DNA from: Bispira polyomma
Taxonomy: Eukaryota
Assembly (NCBI GenBank): GCA_965649765.1
Contig: OZ287752.1
Location: forward strand, 24,986,001-25,050,000
Reading direction: 5' to 3'
Length of the DNA: 64,000 bases
Positions 51,401 to 61,489 of this stretch are shown piece by piece. Below the pieces are notes generated by a model. That model saw only the letters and a program-made list of their open reading frames with translations. It did not search any database and was not told the DNA's origin. Numbering within the stretch: position 1 is the stretch's first letter; each line of letters starts with the position of its first letter. The position numbers and the translations under genes are program-made.

Positions 51401-54400
51401 AAAGCTAAAATCTATTTAACCAAATAGACTAGTTAAAATGCTTCAGTACAATTCAGTTTTTACTTTGTAAAATGTTTAATAATATTTACATTTAATAGGA
51501 AACCTCTGAAACTGAAATGGGTGTTTCTGAAGCCCCTTTTTACGTGAATGTGAAAAGATTAGATGAAGGAAATTATGAAGATTTAGGTAAAAGGAAATTC
51601 ACCGAGAAGTCATTTTATGCAGATCTAAAGGCTTTGGGCTCACAAGAACTGTGTACTTCTAATGAGGTAATACATTGTCACATTTGCATTTTCCCCTAAA
51701 TATTAAATTAACAGAAAATTAATTTATAGTTGGTTGCAATGAAACAAAGATATACCTAACAATACATGGTTTTACTATTTTTACTAACAAAACAATACAT
51801 TTTACAATTTACGTGATACAAACTTACAGGGATATCTGACGGTTCAGTTCCCGCAATTGCTACCTTAATCATTTAAAACAAATCATTTGGTTCCTATTTT
51901 TGTTTGCTAGCTTTAATCATTTTGTCACTCCCTGACCAATGATGGATGATGACCAATTAAGCTACATTTATACCCACAGTGCTACACTATCACATTCATA
52001 AGGCAAAGGATCAACAAGGAAAACATTCTCGTCGCCTAATCCCACCTCCCCAGCCAAGTAACAATTAATTTGAATTTGGATATTTAACATCCACTCTAGT
52101 ACCTGTTTATATTGGGACGGGTAGTTGGAAACGCTGGAGGAAACACTGCATACAGTTGATCAAGGTTCTGCACTGAAACCAGCGGCCCACAGTAAGGAAC
52201 TACCACCTTTCTCACATAGGCATCAAAGGGAGTCGCACTCATGCCGCCCAAAGGTCAGGGACCAGTGATTGTGAAGTGCAATGCTTGCTAACCACTAGGC
52301 CACCGCGGCCCCCAAATAACAATTAAGCTACATTTATACCCTCAGTGCTACACCATCAAATTTAAAAGGCAAAGGGCCAACAAGGAAAACATTCTCACTG
52401 CCTCCCCAGCCTACGGCAAATTATGAACTTAATATTATGTCATTTGACATTTTCAATCTTAGTCAAATCCATCTCTGCAATTAGAATAAAGTTGAGGAAT
52501 TCACACTAGCAGATCAGTTTTAGGTAAACATGCCTGGCTTACTAGGCGAGCAGCAATTATGATTCCCAATTACTATGCATAGGGATAGTCATATTAGGTT
52601 AAACCTATTATAAGTAACTGTCATATTGATTTATAACAATGCCAATTCCAATGTTTCACCTTGCTTGCACCTAGGGTGGTGTTTTAGTTATGAATGTACA
52701 CAGGGATTAGTATGTCTCTTTATTAAAGCTAGGTTCAGTTAATACAGATGACATGGTTGCTTTGTATACACATTGAACCATAATATTATGTTATATTGTA
52801 TGACGCCGATTGGTGTAGATTGCCTTGGTTGTGATCTGTGGTCTTACAAGATCTAACTCTGGGGCTAGTCCATGTGTCTAACACGTATGAATTCATTTTA
52901 AAGCTTGTAGCAACTTTAAATTTTACAATATTTTGTAAATACATAAGCATTTTACACAATTATACTAATTTGTACCAAAAAAAGTCCCCATCCACAATAG
53001 ACTGTGCTATGGTTTCAATTCTCACCCCTACCGTTGTCCTGATCTGACCTTCCTTTCCATTACTTCACTAAAAATTCTGCTTCAAAAGTGAAACACATTA
53101 TTATATGCATAGAAACCTTCATTTGACATTGAGGTTAAAAATTTTCTGCCACTGATGGAATGGCCTTAACAGTAAGACACATAATTAGTTTTGTGATTCA
53201 TGAAACCAAGCGTTTACATCATCTCTCAGTTAAATAGCTTTCACCTGTACTACTGTACTTAATGTTGGCCACCTCCAGAGACCCATAGGCTTCATGTGAA
53301 AGCATAGAAGCCTTCCTTTGACAATGAGGTCAAAATGTTACTGCCACAGATGGAATGGCCTTTAGCTTGGTAATGCCTATCCCATATATCTCAAACCTAA
53401 GTATATTCACCTTGCTCTTAACAATTTTACTGACATAGACAAAATGGCTATTGGCTTAGTGTTGCTTACCCTATACACTTAATACTTAAAAATATTAACC
53501 ATGATTTGACAATGGAGTCAAGATTGTACTCCGTAGGTAAACTGGTTAGGGTGTGATCTCACCATTTGCATCTTCATAAGTTTAATTACTAATTTCATTA
53601 TTATAAGCCGATTTGGGTAAATTGGTAAATCATATTCAGCCAAGTTCAGAAATTAAAACAGCACACATAATTTACAAGCTACAATAGTTATGTCCCTAAC
53701 TTAATGAACAGCATTCGATTATTAGATTACACTTAAGATTATTCAAATCCCTAAATATTATTAAGAGACATATATTTGGGGTACAATAATATTAAGACTA
53801 TAAAGTATTGCTTAAATTGGGATTATATGCTATATATGACTATTATCAAGTATTTTACACTGTATCAAAGACAAATGATACAGTGTAAAATACTTGATAA
53901 TAGTCATATAAAGTTATGACATGGAGGTTTTATATTTATAGTTCATTATTGACTGTGATTTTAGGTGAACCTCTATGAGAACAGTGACCAAGTATCTGTG
54001 TACAATGATGGTGATCTCAATATGGGTAATATATTGTGTAAAGGCCAGTACACCGTCAACAGACTAGGAATACTGAAAACCAAAGTTGGCAAAATTCCTG
54101 TAATGGTTAAAATGCCCAAAGGTATACATTTTCTTTATTGCAAATAATTACTCCATAATACATGATATTGTTCTCTTGCATGGTGTAAGCAACAAAAATT
54201 TTCTTCTATTTCCAAATATCTGTTTCAGCTGATGCTAAAACATTTCAAGCTCAGTACATTTTGAACCAGCGGGCATGTTTAGTAGGAATTGGACCAAACA
54301 AACATGTAGTAGAAATCTTCACTGTGGCATTAAATGGTATGATTTTTATTTCTCAATGAAATAATATGTTTTTATTTAATATATACATTTAATCTGTTAC

Positions 54401-56099
54401 CATTATAAACATTGTGCTAATGTTAGTTTGATATTTTCCATTAATAAAGGCACTTTTAAAAATGATCACCATTATACACTTATACTTACAGATAACCCTA
54501 ATGTGAGGCTTGTGACTAAGTATTATGCTACTGGCAATTTGAAGAAATATATAAATACATTTCCACAAAACCCAAAAAACAATGGCATAAAAAGACATTT
54601 GCTGGAGTTAACCTTAGATATTGTACAAGGACTTGCATACCTGGGCACACTTCAAGTAAGTGTAATTAATTATCCCTTCAAAATGTTTATTTTCATTTAA
54701 CATATTCCATCATTGAACCAAACATTGTGCTGTTGCTTGTTGTAAACCAATATTAATCTATGTTGAAGCACATTTTATAAGAAAATTTACTTTTAAATAC
54801 CCTTATGATATTTCAATGAAAACACAACAGCCTGAAATCCTGCACTTCTGTCTTTCCGCTGAACATGTCCTTGTGGATGAAACAGGGTCCTGTAGACTGA
54901 CTGGGTTTGACTTCAAAGATCATGTTCTACAGAGAGAAATGGTGGAAGAGGAAGAAGGGGTAAGAATTCATTCCCTTTTTGGTTTATCTTTAAATTATAT
55001 ATGCAAAAACATCTTTAAGGTATAGTATATTGCAAAAACAATGGTCATTAAAGAAGACTTATTTCAATTGTTTACTGATTACAGATGTATGGAGCCATAG
55101 AATGGAAGGCCCCCGAAACCATTGAATATTGCAAAGCTCATACAAAGTTATCTGATGTGTGGGCCTTTGGAGTGCTGTTGTATGAGATTTATAATGCAGG
55201 TCAGAGTTAACAATTAACCTATACCTTGGATTTGCTAATTTACTAATAATATTTCTTTATTAGACAAGCACAAAACACACATCTATGTGTGAATATATTG
55301 AATGTATAATCATATTTTACAACAACATAGTCTATCCTCAACAAGGGCATTTGTTATTATATGTAAAAGTTTTTACATTAAAGCAATTTTACTGCAATAA
55401 AAAGCCCATCATGGTTTTTAAAAAATTTGATTTGAAAATAGTGTTCAATATAATACTGTTAACATCTGATATAATTTGATGATGTTATAGGAATGACACC
55501 ATATCAAGGTCTGATGGAACATGATATTAAATCATATGTTAAAGGTGGAAAAATCTTATCAAGACCCACAGGATGTCCAAATGATGTGTGAGTACTAACA
55601 ATTAAAATATTAATCAGTATAATTAAAAGTAGCACATACATAATTAAGTGGTGTTTTTCTGCATGAGAGATATTTTTGTGCACAAAATTCTCATAAGTGG
55701 TAAACATCAAATACACTTGCAGTGTTCTATCAAGGAGGGGCTTTCTATGAATAAAAAATAAAATAAAGAATATGCTCAATTGTGAATTTGAATATCCTAA
55801 TCAAATATTGTGCCTGTGTACATGAATATTAGTAAGGCATTATCATAGATGTAAATAACAGAATGGTATACTAATGAATATAATGCACATCACAACAATA
55901 ATATGTTAGTTATATACATATTGGTGATTTCTATCTTAGATACAGTATCATGGAGAAATGTTGGGCATACAATGCACAAGAGAGACCTGCATTCCACAGT
56001 TTCTTATCAGATATATATCTGATGATGTCTAGTTCAGAAAAATTGGGTCACAGTAATGACGCCATGGAGTATGAACCAGTGACTTTCCCAGCAGTTTAA
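33359..56099 (+). CDS. Gene B: receptor tyrosine pseudokinase, SP-9xIg-FN3-FN3like-TM-tyrosine motifs-pseudokinase, about 1549 aa, 21 coding exons
   Basis: Exons: 33359-33401, 34579-34947, 37580-37897, 38269-38586, 39944-40261, 41089-41382, 41990-42271, 45016-45327, 46626-46904, 47534-47842, 48631-48936, 50310-50600, 51256-51368, 51499-51666, 53965-54121, 54229-54336, 54492-54655, 54831-54959, 55085-55199, 55491-55587, 55940-56099. All have AG/GT ends and compatible phases; the sum is 4650 nt with no internal stop found. Confidence 0.9.
34579..34947 (+). CDS. Gene B exon 2: V-type Ig domain
   Basis: LLLHCSY..ELSW...DEGQTFTCRV; 369 nt. Confidence 0.9.
35865..36080 (-). mobile_element. LINE RT fragment
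   Basis: HQSANRKYHSTKTALLTINNDI...LLDLSVEFDTI. Confidence 0.75.
36300..36390 (+). mobile_element. LINE 3'-end fragment
   Basis: gctgttgcgctttagaagatgcctagcatcaa..aaaatccataataataa is the reverse complement of 28055-28115. Confidence 0.7.
37016..37215 (+). mobile_element. Degenerate tRNA-derived SINE
   Basis: A-box-like tggcctagtggttag, decayed B box, and a central ggaaag..gtaggccgttggttt..ggtttcttcca similar to the 52069 SINE. Confidence 0.5.
37580..37897 (+). CDS. Gene B exon 3: Ig-like (C1/C2-like) copy 1
   Basis: ITCTVSSIYPG...RDQHGNDVLCEVTW; 318 nt. Confidence 0.9.
38269..38586 (+). CDS. Gene B exon 4: Ig-like copy 2 (recent tandem duplicate of exon 3)
   Basis: 318 nt; the upstream intron is also duplicated (offset 689 nt). 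Confidence 0.85.
39944..40261 (+). CDS. Gene B exon 5: Ig-like copy 3
   Basis: LQCTVPSIYPGKESTELRLKVG...VSCAVTW; 318 nt. Confidence 0.9.
41089..41382 (+). CDS. Gene B exon 6: Ig-like domain
   Basis: VTCTTNSYPSP...RSDNGVQLYCKA; 294 nt. Confidence 0.85.
41990..42271 (+). CDS. Gene B exon 7: Ig-like domain
   Basis: ICETEANPAP...NGLKFYCTA; 282 nt. Confidence 0.85.
43870..44290 (+). mobile_element. Degenerate Ngaro-like gag remnant
   Basis: VPNLEMLRAIPNVQTAVNKQMVGY...SGLFN resembles LPSFEDLKTDSKIQTEVQRRIRNY...SGRYR. Confidence 0.45.
45016..45327 (+). CDS. Gene B exon 8: Ig-like domain
   Basis: LTCTTGSSNPVSYMVW...SDNGLLVSC; 312 nt. Confidence 0.9.
46626..46904 (+). CDS. Gene B exon 9: Ig-like domain (I/C2-set)
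   Basis: INCTITDGNP..LSW...DAGTYRCTVGN; 279 nt. An alternative in-frame acceptor lies at 46635. Confidence 0.9.
46841..47360 (+). repeat. ~75 bp minisatellite derived from the 3' end and splice donor of exon 9
   Basis: About 7 decaying units of tagatgtactgyagggaatacagtggg.agtgatacagg.gagatacagattgttgtacattgtaagtaattatg. Confidence 0.85.
47534..47842 (+). CDS. Gene B exon 10: cysteine-less Ig-like domain
   Basis: LSLKLRAFP...FTW...DYGNYAVSADNGV; 309 nt, same length as the gene A equivalent. Confidence 0.85.
48631..48936 (+). CDS. Gene B exon 11: FN3 domain
   Basis: GPPE...VSWVVGLNGGSIQTF...NLKAETKY...N; 306 nt. Confidence 0.9.
50310..50600 (+). CDS. Gene B exon 12: FN3-like domain
   Basis: ATLTW...CRSSGDC...FYLVIY; 291 nt. 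Confidence 0.8.
51256..51368 (+). CDS. Gene B exon 13: transmembrane helix
   Basis: IVGGIIAVAAIVIIVLLSIWVC followed by RKKR. Confidence 0.9.
51499..51666 (+). CDS. Gene B exon 14: juxtamembrane tyrosine-motif exon
   Basis: FYVNV-x7-YEDL-x10-YADLK; 168 nt, phase 0-0. Confidence 0.85.
52069..52316 (-). mobile_element. Full-length tRNA-derived SINE with a 10-bp target-site duplication
   Basis: Minus strand: ggggccgcggTGGCCTAGTGGttag (A box), gagtgcgactcc (B box), tail caaattcaaa. Flanked by TAACAATTAA at 52059-52068 and 52317-52326, and sits between two copies of a ~100 bp repeat. Confidence 0.85.
53833..53910. repeat. Perfect 35-bp inverted repeat with an 8-nt loop
   Basis: tatatgactattatcaagtattttacactgtatca-aagacaaa-tgatacagtgtaaaatacttgataatagtcatata. 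Confidence 0.95.
53965..56099 (+). CDS. Gene B exons 15-21: tyrosine-kinase-fold pseudokinase domain and C-terminal tail
   Basis: VMVK; GNLKKY; DIVQGLAYL; ILHFCLSAEHVLV; LTGFD; EWKAPE; SDVWAFGVLLYEI; GMTPY; RPTGCP..Y.IMEKCW....ERPAF; ends MEYEPVTFPAV-stop (TAA 56097-56099). Confidence 0.9.
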
Positions 56100-56476
56100 C
56101 AATATATTGTGAATTTGACTTCAAACTAACCATTGTTATGAACCAAATATATTATATTATTAGGCCATTACTTTTTTTAATCACATATTTTATACCAAGT
56201 ATCTATGATTAATCGCAATCTAGCAGTAGATTATTAACATGAGACGTAGTAAGTCATCTGTGATGACATAGTCCGCTTTTACATTCATTGCTTTAATATA
56301 CATACATTATAATAACATTCATATAATTCATTACCCTATTTTAAATAATATATTTTGGGTGTTGTATTTTTTATTCATAAAGTGCTTAATGATTTAATAA
56401 TTTGCATGAGGTAACAGGTAGAATGTAAAAAGATGTTGCTGTGACTAAAATGTATAACGTGATTGCTTTGTTCTTA

Positions 56477-56695
56477 ACTTCACAATCACTGGTCTCTAAC
56501 CTCTGGGCGGCGTGAGTTCGACTCCTGTCAATGCCTATGTGGGAAAGGTGGTAGTTCCTTACTGTAGGCCGCTGGTTTCAGTGCAGAACTTTGATCAACT
56601 ATATGCAGTGTTTCCTCTAGCGTTTTCAACTACCTATCCCAATATAACCTAAACAGGTACTAGAGTGGACGTTAAATATCCAAATTCAAAAAAAA
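56477..56695 (+). mobile_element. tRNA-derived SINE, same family as 52069-52316, opposite orientation
   Basis: cacaatcactggtc..gagttcgactcc (B box)..aaaggtggtagttccttactgt.ggccgctggtttcagtgcagaac..caaattcaaaaaaaa. Confidence 0.85.
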
Positions 56696-59689
56696 TCTTT
56701 GTTCTTAATTTACATTTTTCTCCTTATTCTTATAACTTATTCACAAATAGTTCGTTTTATTGTCCATGATGAACAGAACATATGCCATGTTATGCTTGCA
56801 AACATTTATATAAAGACTACAATTTGGAAATTGGATAACTGTCTTTTGTGCTGGTGCGCCTTAGAGTCCCCTTTGTTAAGCGGAGATTAAGCGCAATAAA
56901 AGTCTAATTACAATTACAAATGAAAGATCCAATGTCAAAATGACTTTATATCAGGTCTTGCCAGTAATTAGCCAGACATATTTTTATTCTTGATATAAAC
57001 TTTTGATGAGAGTAGCTAATGATGCTTTGTCAAATTTGTGCATCTCAAGGTTATTAAAATGAGGTCCAATTGCATTTTAGACCACAGAAGGAGTATTTGT
57101 AAAAAAGTCCAAAATGCATGCTAATTTTAGTCAAGATCGTTAATTTAAGGACATAACTCTGAGTTAAATGTGGTGAGGTAACATCATAACAAATGTAGCC
57201 CAAAATGAATGTCTGTACTAAATATGATCTGGAATTATTTCCTAATTATTTTCAGAGCATTCTTTGATGTTAGTCATTTGGCATGAAAATAAAAGTTGAC
57301 ACGAAACTTAACATTTTGGTTGTCTTGTTTTAAATATATAGTGTGTGATAATATTAATTGGATCAATTATTCAAGAGCTAAATACTCTTTGTTATATCTG
57401 TGTTATATGTGGCATTCCTTTAACCCTTTCATTACTTACATTTCAATAAAAATATCTCGTCACCTGCATCATTCTAAATTATAATCAAATAATTGGTCAC
57501 TAATATACTTTGGTCTATTTTGTTGATATATAATTTTGTTGCAACAACCAATGATAACCAAGGTTATTTTACATGATATATGACTGAGTTTGCTATGTAC
57601 ATTTGTTTGGTAGTAACTTATGTTTTGCAATTTCAATGTTACAAAGTGTATAATCAGTTAGCTACACCTTAATTGAGTTATTATTTTTGGGGCTTTTTCG
57701 TTGATATATCTAACGTCCTTTGTCATTAAAGGTTTACAGCTTGACACCATTACATAACGTAAAATAATGTTGGGCATTAGTTATTCTACAACTTGATACA
57801 TCTATATCAGTTTCAGTTTTACACAGGGGAAAGTGTTTCACACACATTTAATCTTGTGGAGAGATTGGTCCTTGCACGATACAATCTTCCACAGAAATCT
57901 TGTAGTGTGTATAGCCTAATGTACACATTCGCACCTATTCAAATTATAAAAAACAAAAATTATTTTGAAAATATCAACACATAAATGAATATTATAAATA
58001 CAAAGCAGATTACATTTCTTTGCATGGGTTATTAGAATATATATGCTACATATACCTCTTTGTTAACTGATGAAACCAGTATATGTGTGGGGTTTGTTTC
58101 CATTGGTTGACCTTTCCATTACATCAATTACGAATGTGACATTGCCAGCAACCAGTAAAACGCCATTAAATGTTGGTGAGAAATATATAAACCAACAGAG
58201 TTAATGTTTTATGGCTTTTGTAATCTTAAACTGTTTGGCTGCTAGGTTATTTATGAAAACAACTCATAATCTATTTATAAATTACTATTATGCAATATGA
58301 GGTAAACCTCTGTGTCATAAAATAGCCTATAACGTAGCAGCATTGAAATGCTGTGTTGTTATGCATCCACCCAAATGGAATGGCCACATCCAGATAATGT
58401 TCGCCATGCCAAATGATTGCTATAGTTTACTGCGTCTACATGGCCAACCTGTGTCCTGAATGCCCTCATTACATTTACTTTGAACACAACAGGGACAAGG
58501 GCATTTCTGATTGCACGTGTATTTGGAAACTTGAGTACAAATTCTGTATTATCAAAAAGTTCAATAGTCACACTCTCATAAGTAAAAGTATAATCCTTAC
58601 TATCGCAATCTTTGTGTCTGCTAAGGAGAGGTGAGCACTAAAATTATACTTAATATTTCAAGATATTGAACCACCTCAGTATTGAAGGGCAGAAAAGTGA
58701 TTTTGATGGGATTTTTAAAGGGAAATCTAAACTTAATATACTGAATTAAAATCCTTTCCAGGAGTTCAAACCTCAGCATTTATCCTAACTGGATTGGTAT
58801 CTTATAGTTGGGGACTCGGTTGACCCTGTGCCCCTAATGACATCTTCTGCTAGTAAAAGTTTAGAAATATCCAGTTTTGTTGCTATAATACAATTACAAA
58901 ATATTTCCAGAGGTACTTTTGAAATTTAGCTACATAGACCTAGCCAGCTATTGGTGTCCATCCCACTAGTGGACTAAATGTAAAAGGCCAGTTCAGAATG
59001 AGACACTTAAAGAAGCAAAATATATTGATCTAGCTCCATATCTTATGTATATATTTATACTTAATTACATCTAATGTAGCCCTATAATGCAAAACGTTTC
59101 ATGCCCATTACATAATTACTACTTGCTCCAACTAATACAGGGTTTTCAGGAATGTGCTTCATTGAATATTGTGTTCAGTGTGACCCCCACCATTGAACAA
59201 ATGGCAGGCATTGTGTTCTAAATATTTGTACTGTGTAGAGGTGTATATAAAAATATATATTTTTCTTCCCACTCCCCACCCTGGTACAAAGTGTATAATA
59301 ATAATTGCCAGGGGGTCTCTTAAACACTAAAATTTACACCACTTATTGCAGATGTATCGGTATTGGTTGTGGTCGCCATTCTAGTTACATTTCTTTGAGT
59401 TGTAATACTTGACCCTACTGTTGAGTCACATCAACTCTTGTGTGGTGTTACGCCACAGAAGACAGCCCTATTCCACCTCCTGCATGCTGGTTTCCCATGT
59501 CACCCTTACAACACCCACCACCCTACTTAACTTGCTTTACAGCATTTTCTTCTCGTCATTTTCAATAATTGGAAGCATTTCTGTCACGTCTATACTAAGA
59601 AGAAATCAATACTGAAGTATTGTACATCACTTAAAAAGGAAGACTTCAGCAATATTTAACATGTTTTAGTTTCTCAATTTAAATTTTCA

Positions 59690-61347
59690 TATGGATGTAT
59701 CAGTCCATAAATTTTACTGATTTTATCACAGTTTGACTATATCCAGCTCATCGAAGAGCCCACCCACATACATGGCCTTAGATGTGCTCTGTTTCTGAAA
59801 GTCTTTCTCTTGTGCTATTATTCCCTGTGTCATCAGGGGCCTATCAGATCACCTTGCAATATTTTTAACTGTAGATTTTCCTTTTAGAGTCGCATGCAGC
59901 TACAGACATATAAAAATGAATAAGCTAAACAAAGTAATGGTCAGGAGTTCAAGGCTGACATTACAAACTCTAACCTCATTAAGTGCCCACACAAACTGCT
60001 AGTCTCCTCAGTCACTAGTGTATTAATACCCTCCGAGATATTCTTGATAGGCCAGCATCAGAAAACAAAACAAAAGTTCTTCAACACCAAGACACTGGTT
60101 TCTTCAACAAGAAAATCCTGGCTGCCAAACGCCTCAAGTGTAAACTTGAACATCAAGACATGTCAAACATAAAACAAAACAGCTAATATGCTGCATTAAA
60201 TCACTTGAACATTCAAAAGATACACATTACACTAACCGTATAAATAAAAACCAATAAATAAATAAAAAATACTCCACAAATCCTCTACTACATGACTGCA
60301 GATTAGTGACAGACTTGGCAAATATGTTTGGTAAATTTATTTAGAAACCTTGCTACACGCACTCACATGACTGCAGATTAGTGGCAGACTTGGCAAATAT
60401 TTTTGGTAAATTTATTTAGAAACCTTACAACACCCACTCCCGTCCTTAAGATTATTCAGTCCTCCTCAAATAAGTCTTGTGATCTGGATTCAATTCCAAC
60501 GTTTTTGATAAGGGATCATATTGACATCCTTATTACACCCATTACCAGTATGGTCAATTTCTCACTTCAGAAAGACCTGTATCCAATCTGAGATATGCCT
60601 CCAAACTCATTGAGAAAGCAGTGACAAAGCAGTTAAATGACCTCATGGCCCAAGAAGGCACCTTAAACATACATCAATCAGCATACAGATGCTTTCATTC
60701 CACTGAAACTGCCCTGCTAAAAATGCAAAATGATATATCTGCTTCCATTGACAGTGCAAAAAGGTAGCACTCGCACTGTTGAAGCTCTCTGCTGCCTTTG
60801 ATACCATCGACCATACTATTCTCTTTAACTGTGTAATTGATTGGTTTGGCATTGCATCTGCCCTCTGCCGTATTGTGTGCAAGCTTGACAAATTCAGCCA
60901 TGTCTCATCTTACCTAAAGAAACTCCACTGGCTACCTGTCGAGCAGCACATTCTTTTTAAATATAACCTTCTTATGCTATCAAACACAACCAACCTCCTT
61001 ATTTTTCCTTACTCATCAAATCTAGTAGCCTCACCCAGGAACCGCCTCTTCGTTTCCTCAATCCAATCAAATAGATAATTCAGCAGGTGCTGCTTTTCTG
61101 TCGCAGCTCCTGTTAAATGAAAAAACAAACTGTCAGATCTTAAGTTAAAATCACTGGTTTCAGAAGCCATCTGAAAATATCTTTTCAGACTGACCTACCC
61201 CCTCATTAGTCACCCTTCTCTTGGTGGATGCTTTCTTGTAATGACTTTTTGCTTTGCCCCTCGACTTTCCCTTTTTGGATACCAGTGCCTTAGAGGATGT
61301 TCTCATCAATTTGGTGCTCTTTTAATGTTTTAATTATTATTATTATT
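59690..61347 (+). mobile_element. Degenerate, internally deleted L2/CR1-group LINE
   Basis: Endonuclease-end remnants (PTHIHG.LD, SDHLAI); KSCDLDSIPT..LITPITSMVNFSL; HQSAYR.FHSTETALLK.QNDI; LSAAFDTIDH; LKKLHWLPV; (ATT)n tail at about 61333-61347. Confidence 0.8.
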
Positions 61348-61489
61348 TAAAGGTGGTAAAGTGGGAAATTATATTGATATCCACCCACCCACATCACATT
61401 TTTAGTATTTTAAATCTTAATCACAATTATCAATCATGTTATCAATCATGTTATGTATGATCTGTATTATCTGAATTAGCCAAGCCGCT

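Noticed and set aside
52230-52313. tRNA gene
   Set aside because: The A/B boxes belong to a SINE head with body, tail, TSD and a second copy; no convincing cloverleaf.
53105-53365. Two ~60 bp direct repeats in gene B intron 14; similar small duplications at 18670-18885, 49330-49770 and 60290-60430
   Set aside because: Ordinary local duplications or repeat remnants with no sign of function.
33359-56099. Naming gene B as PTK7/otk, nephrin, Tie or FGFR
   Set aside because: The domain combination and degenerate motifs do not match any of these well enough without a phylogeny, so no symbol is assigned.
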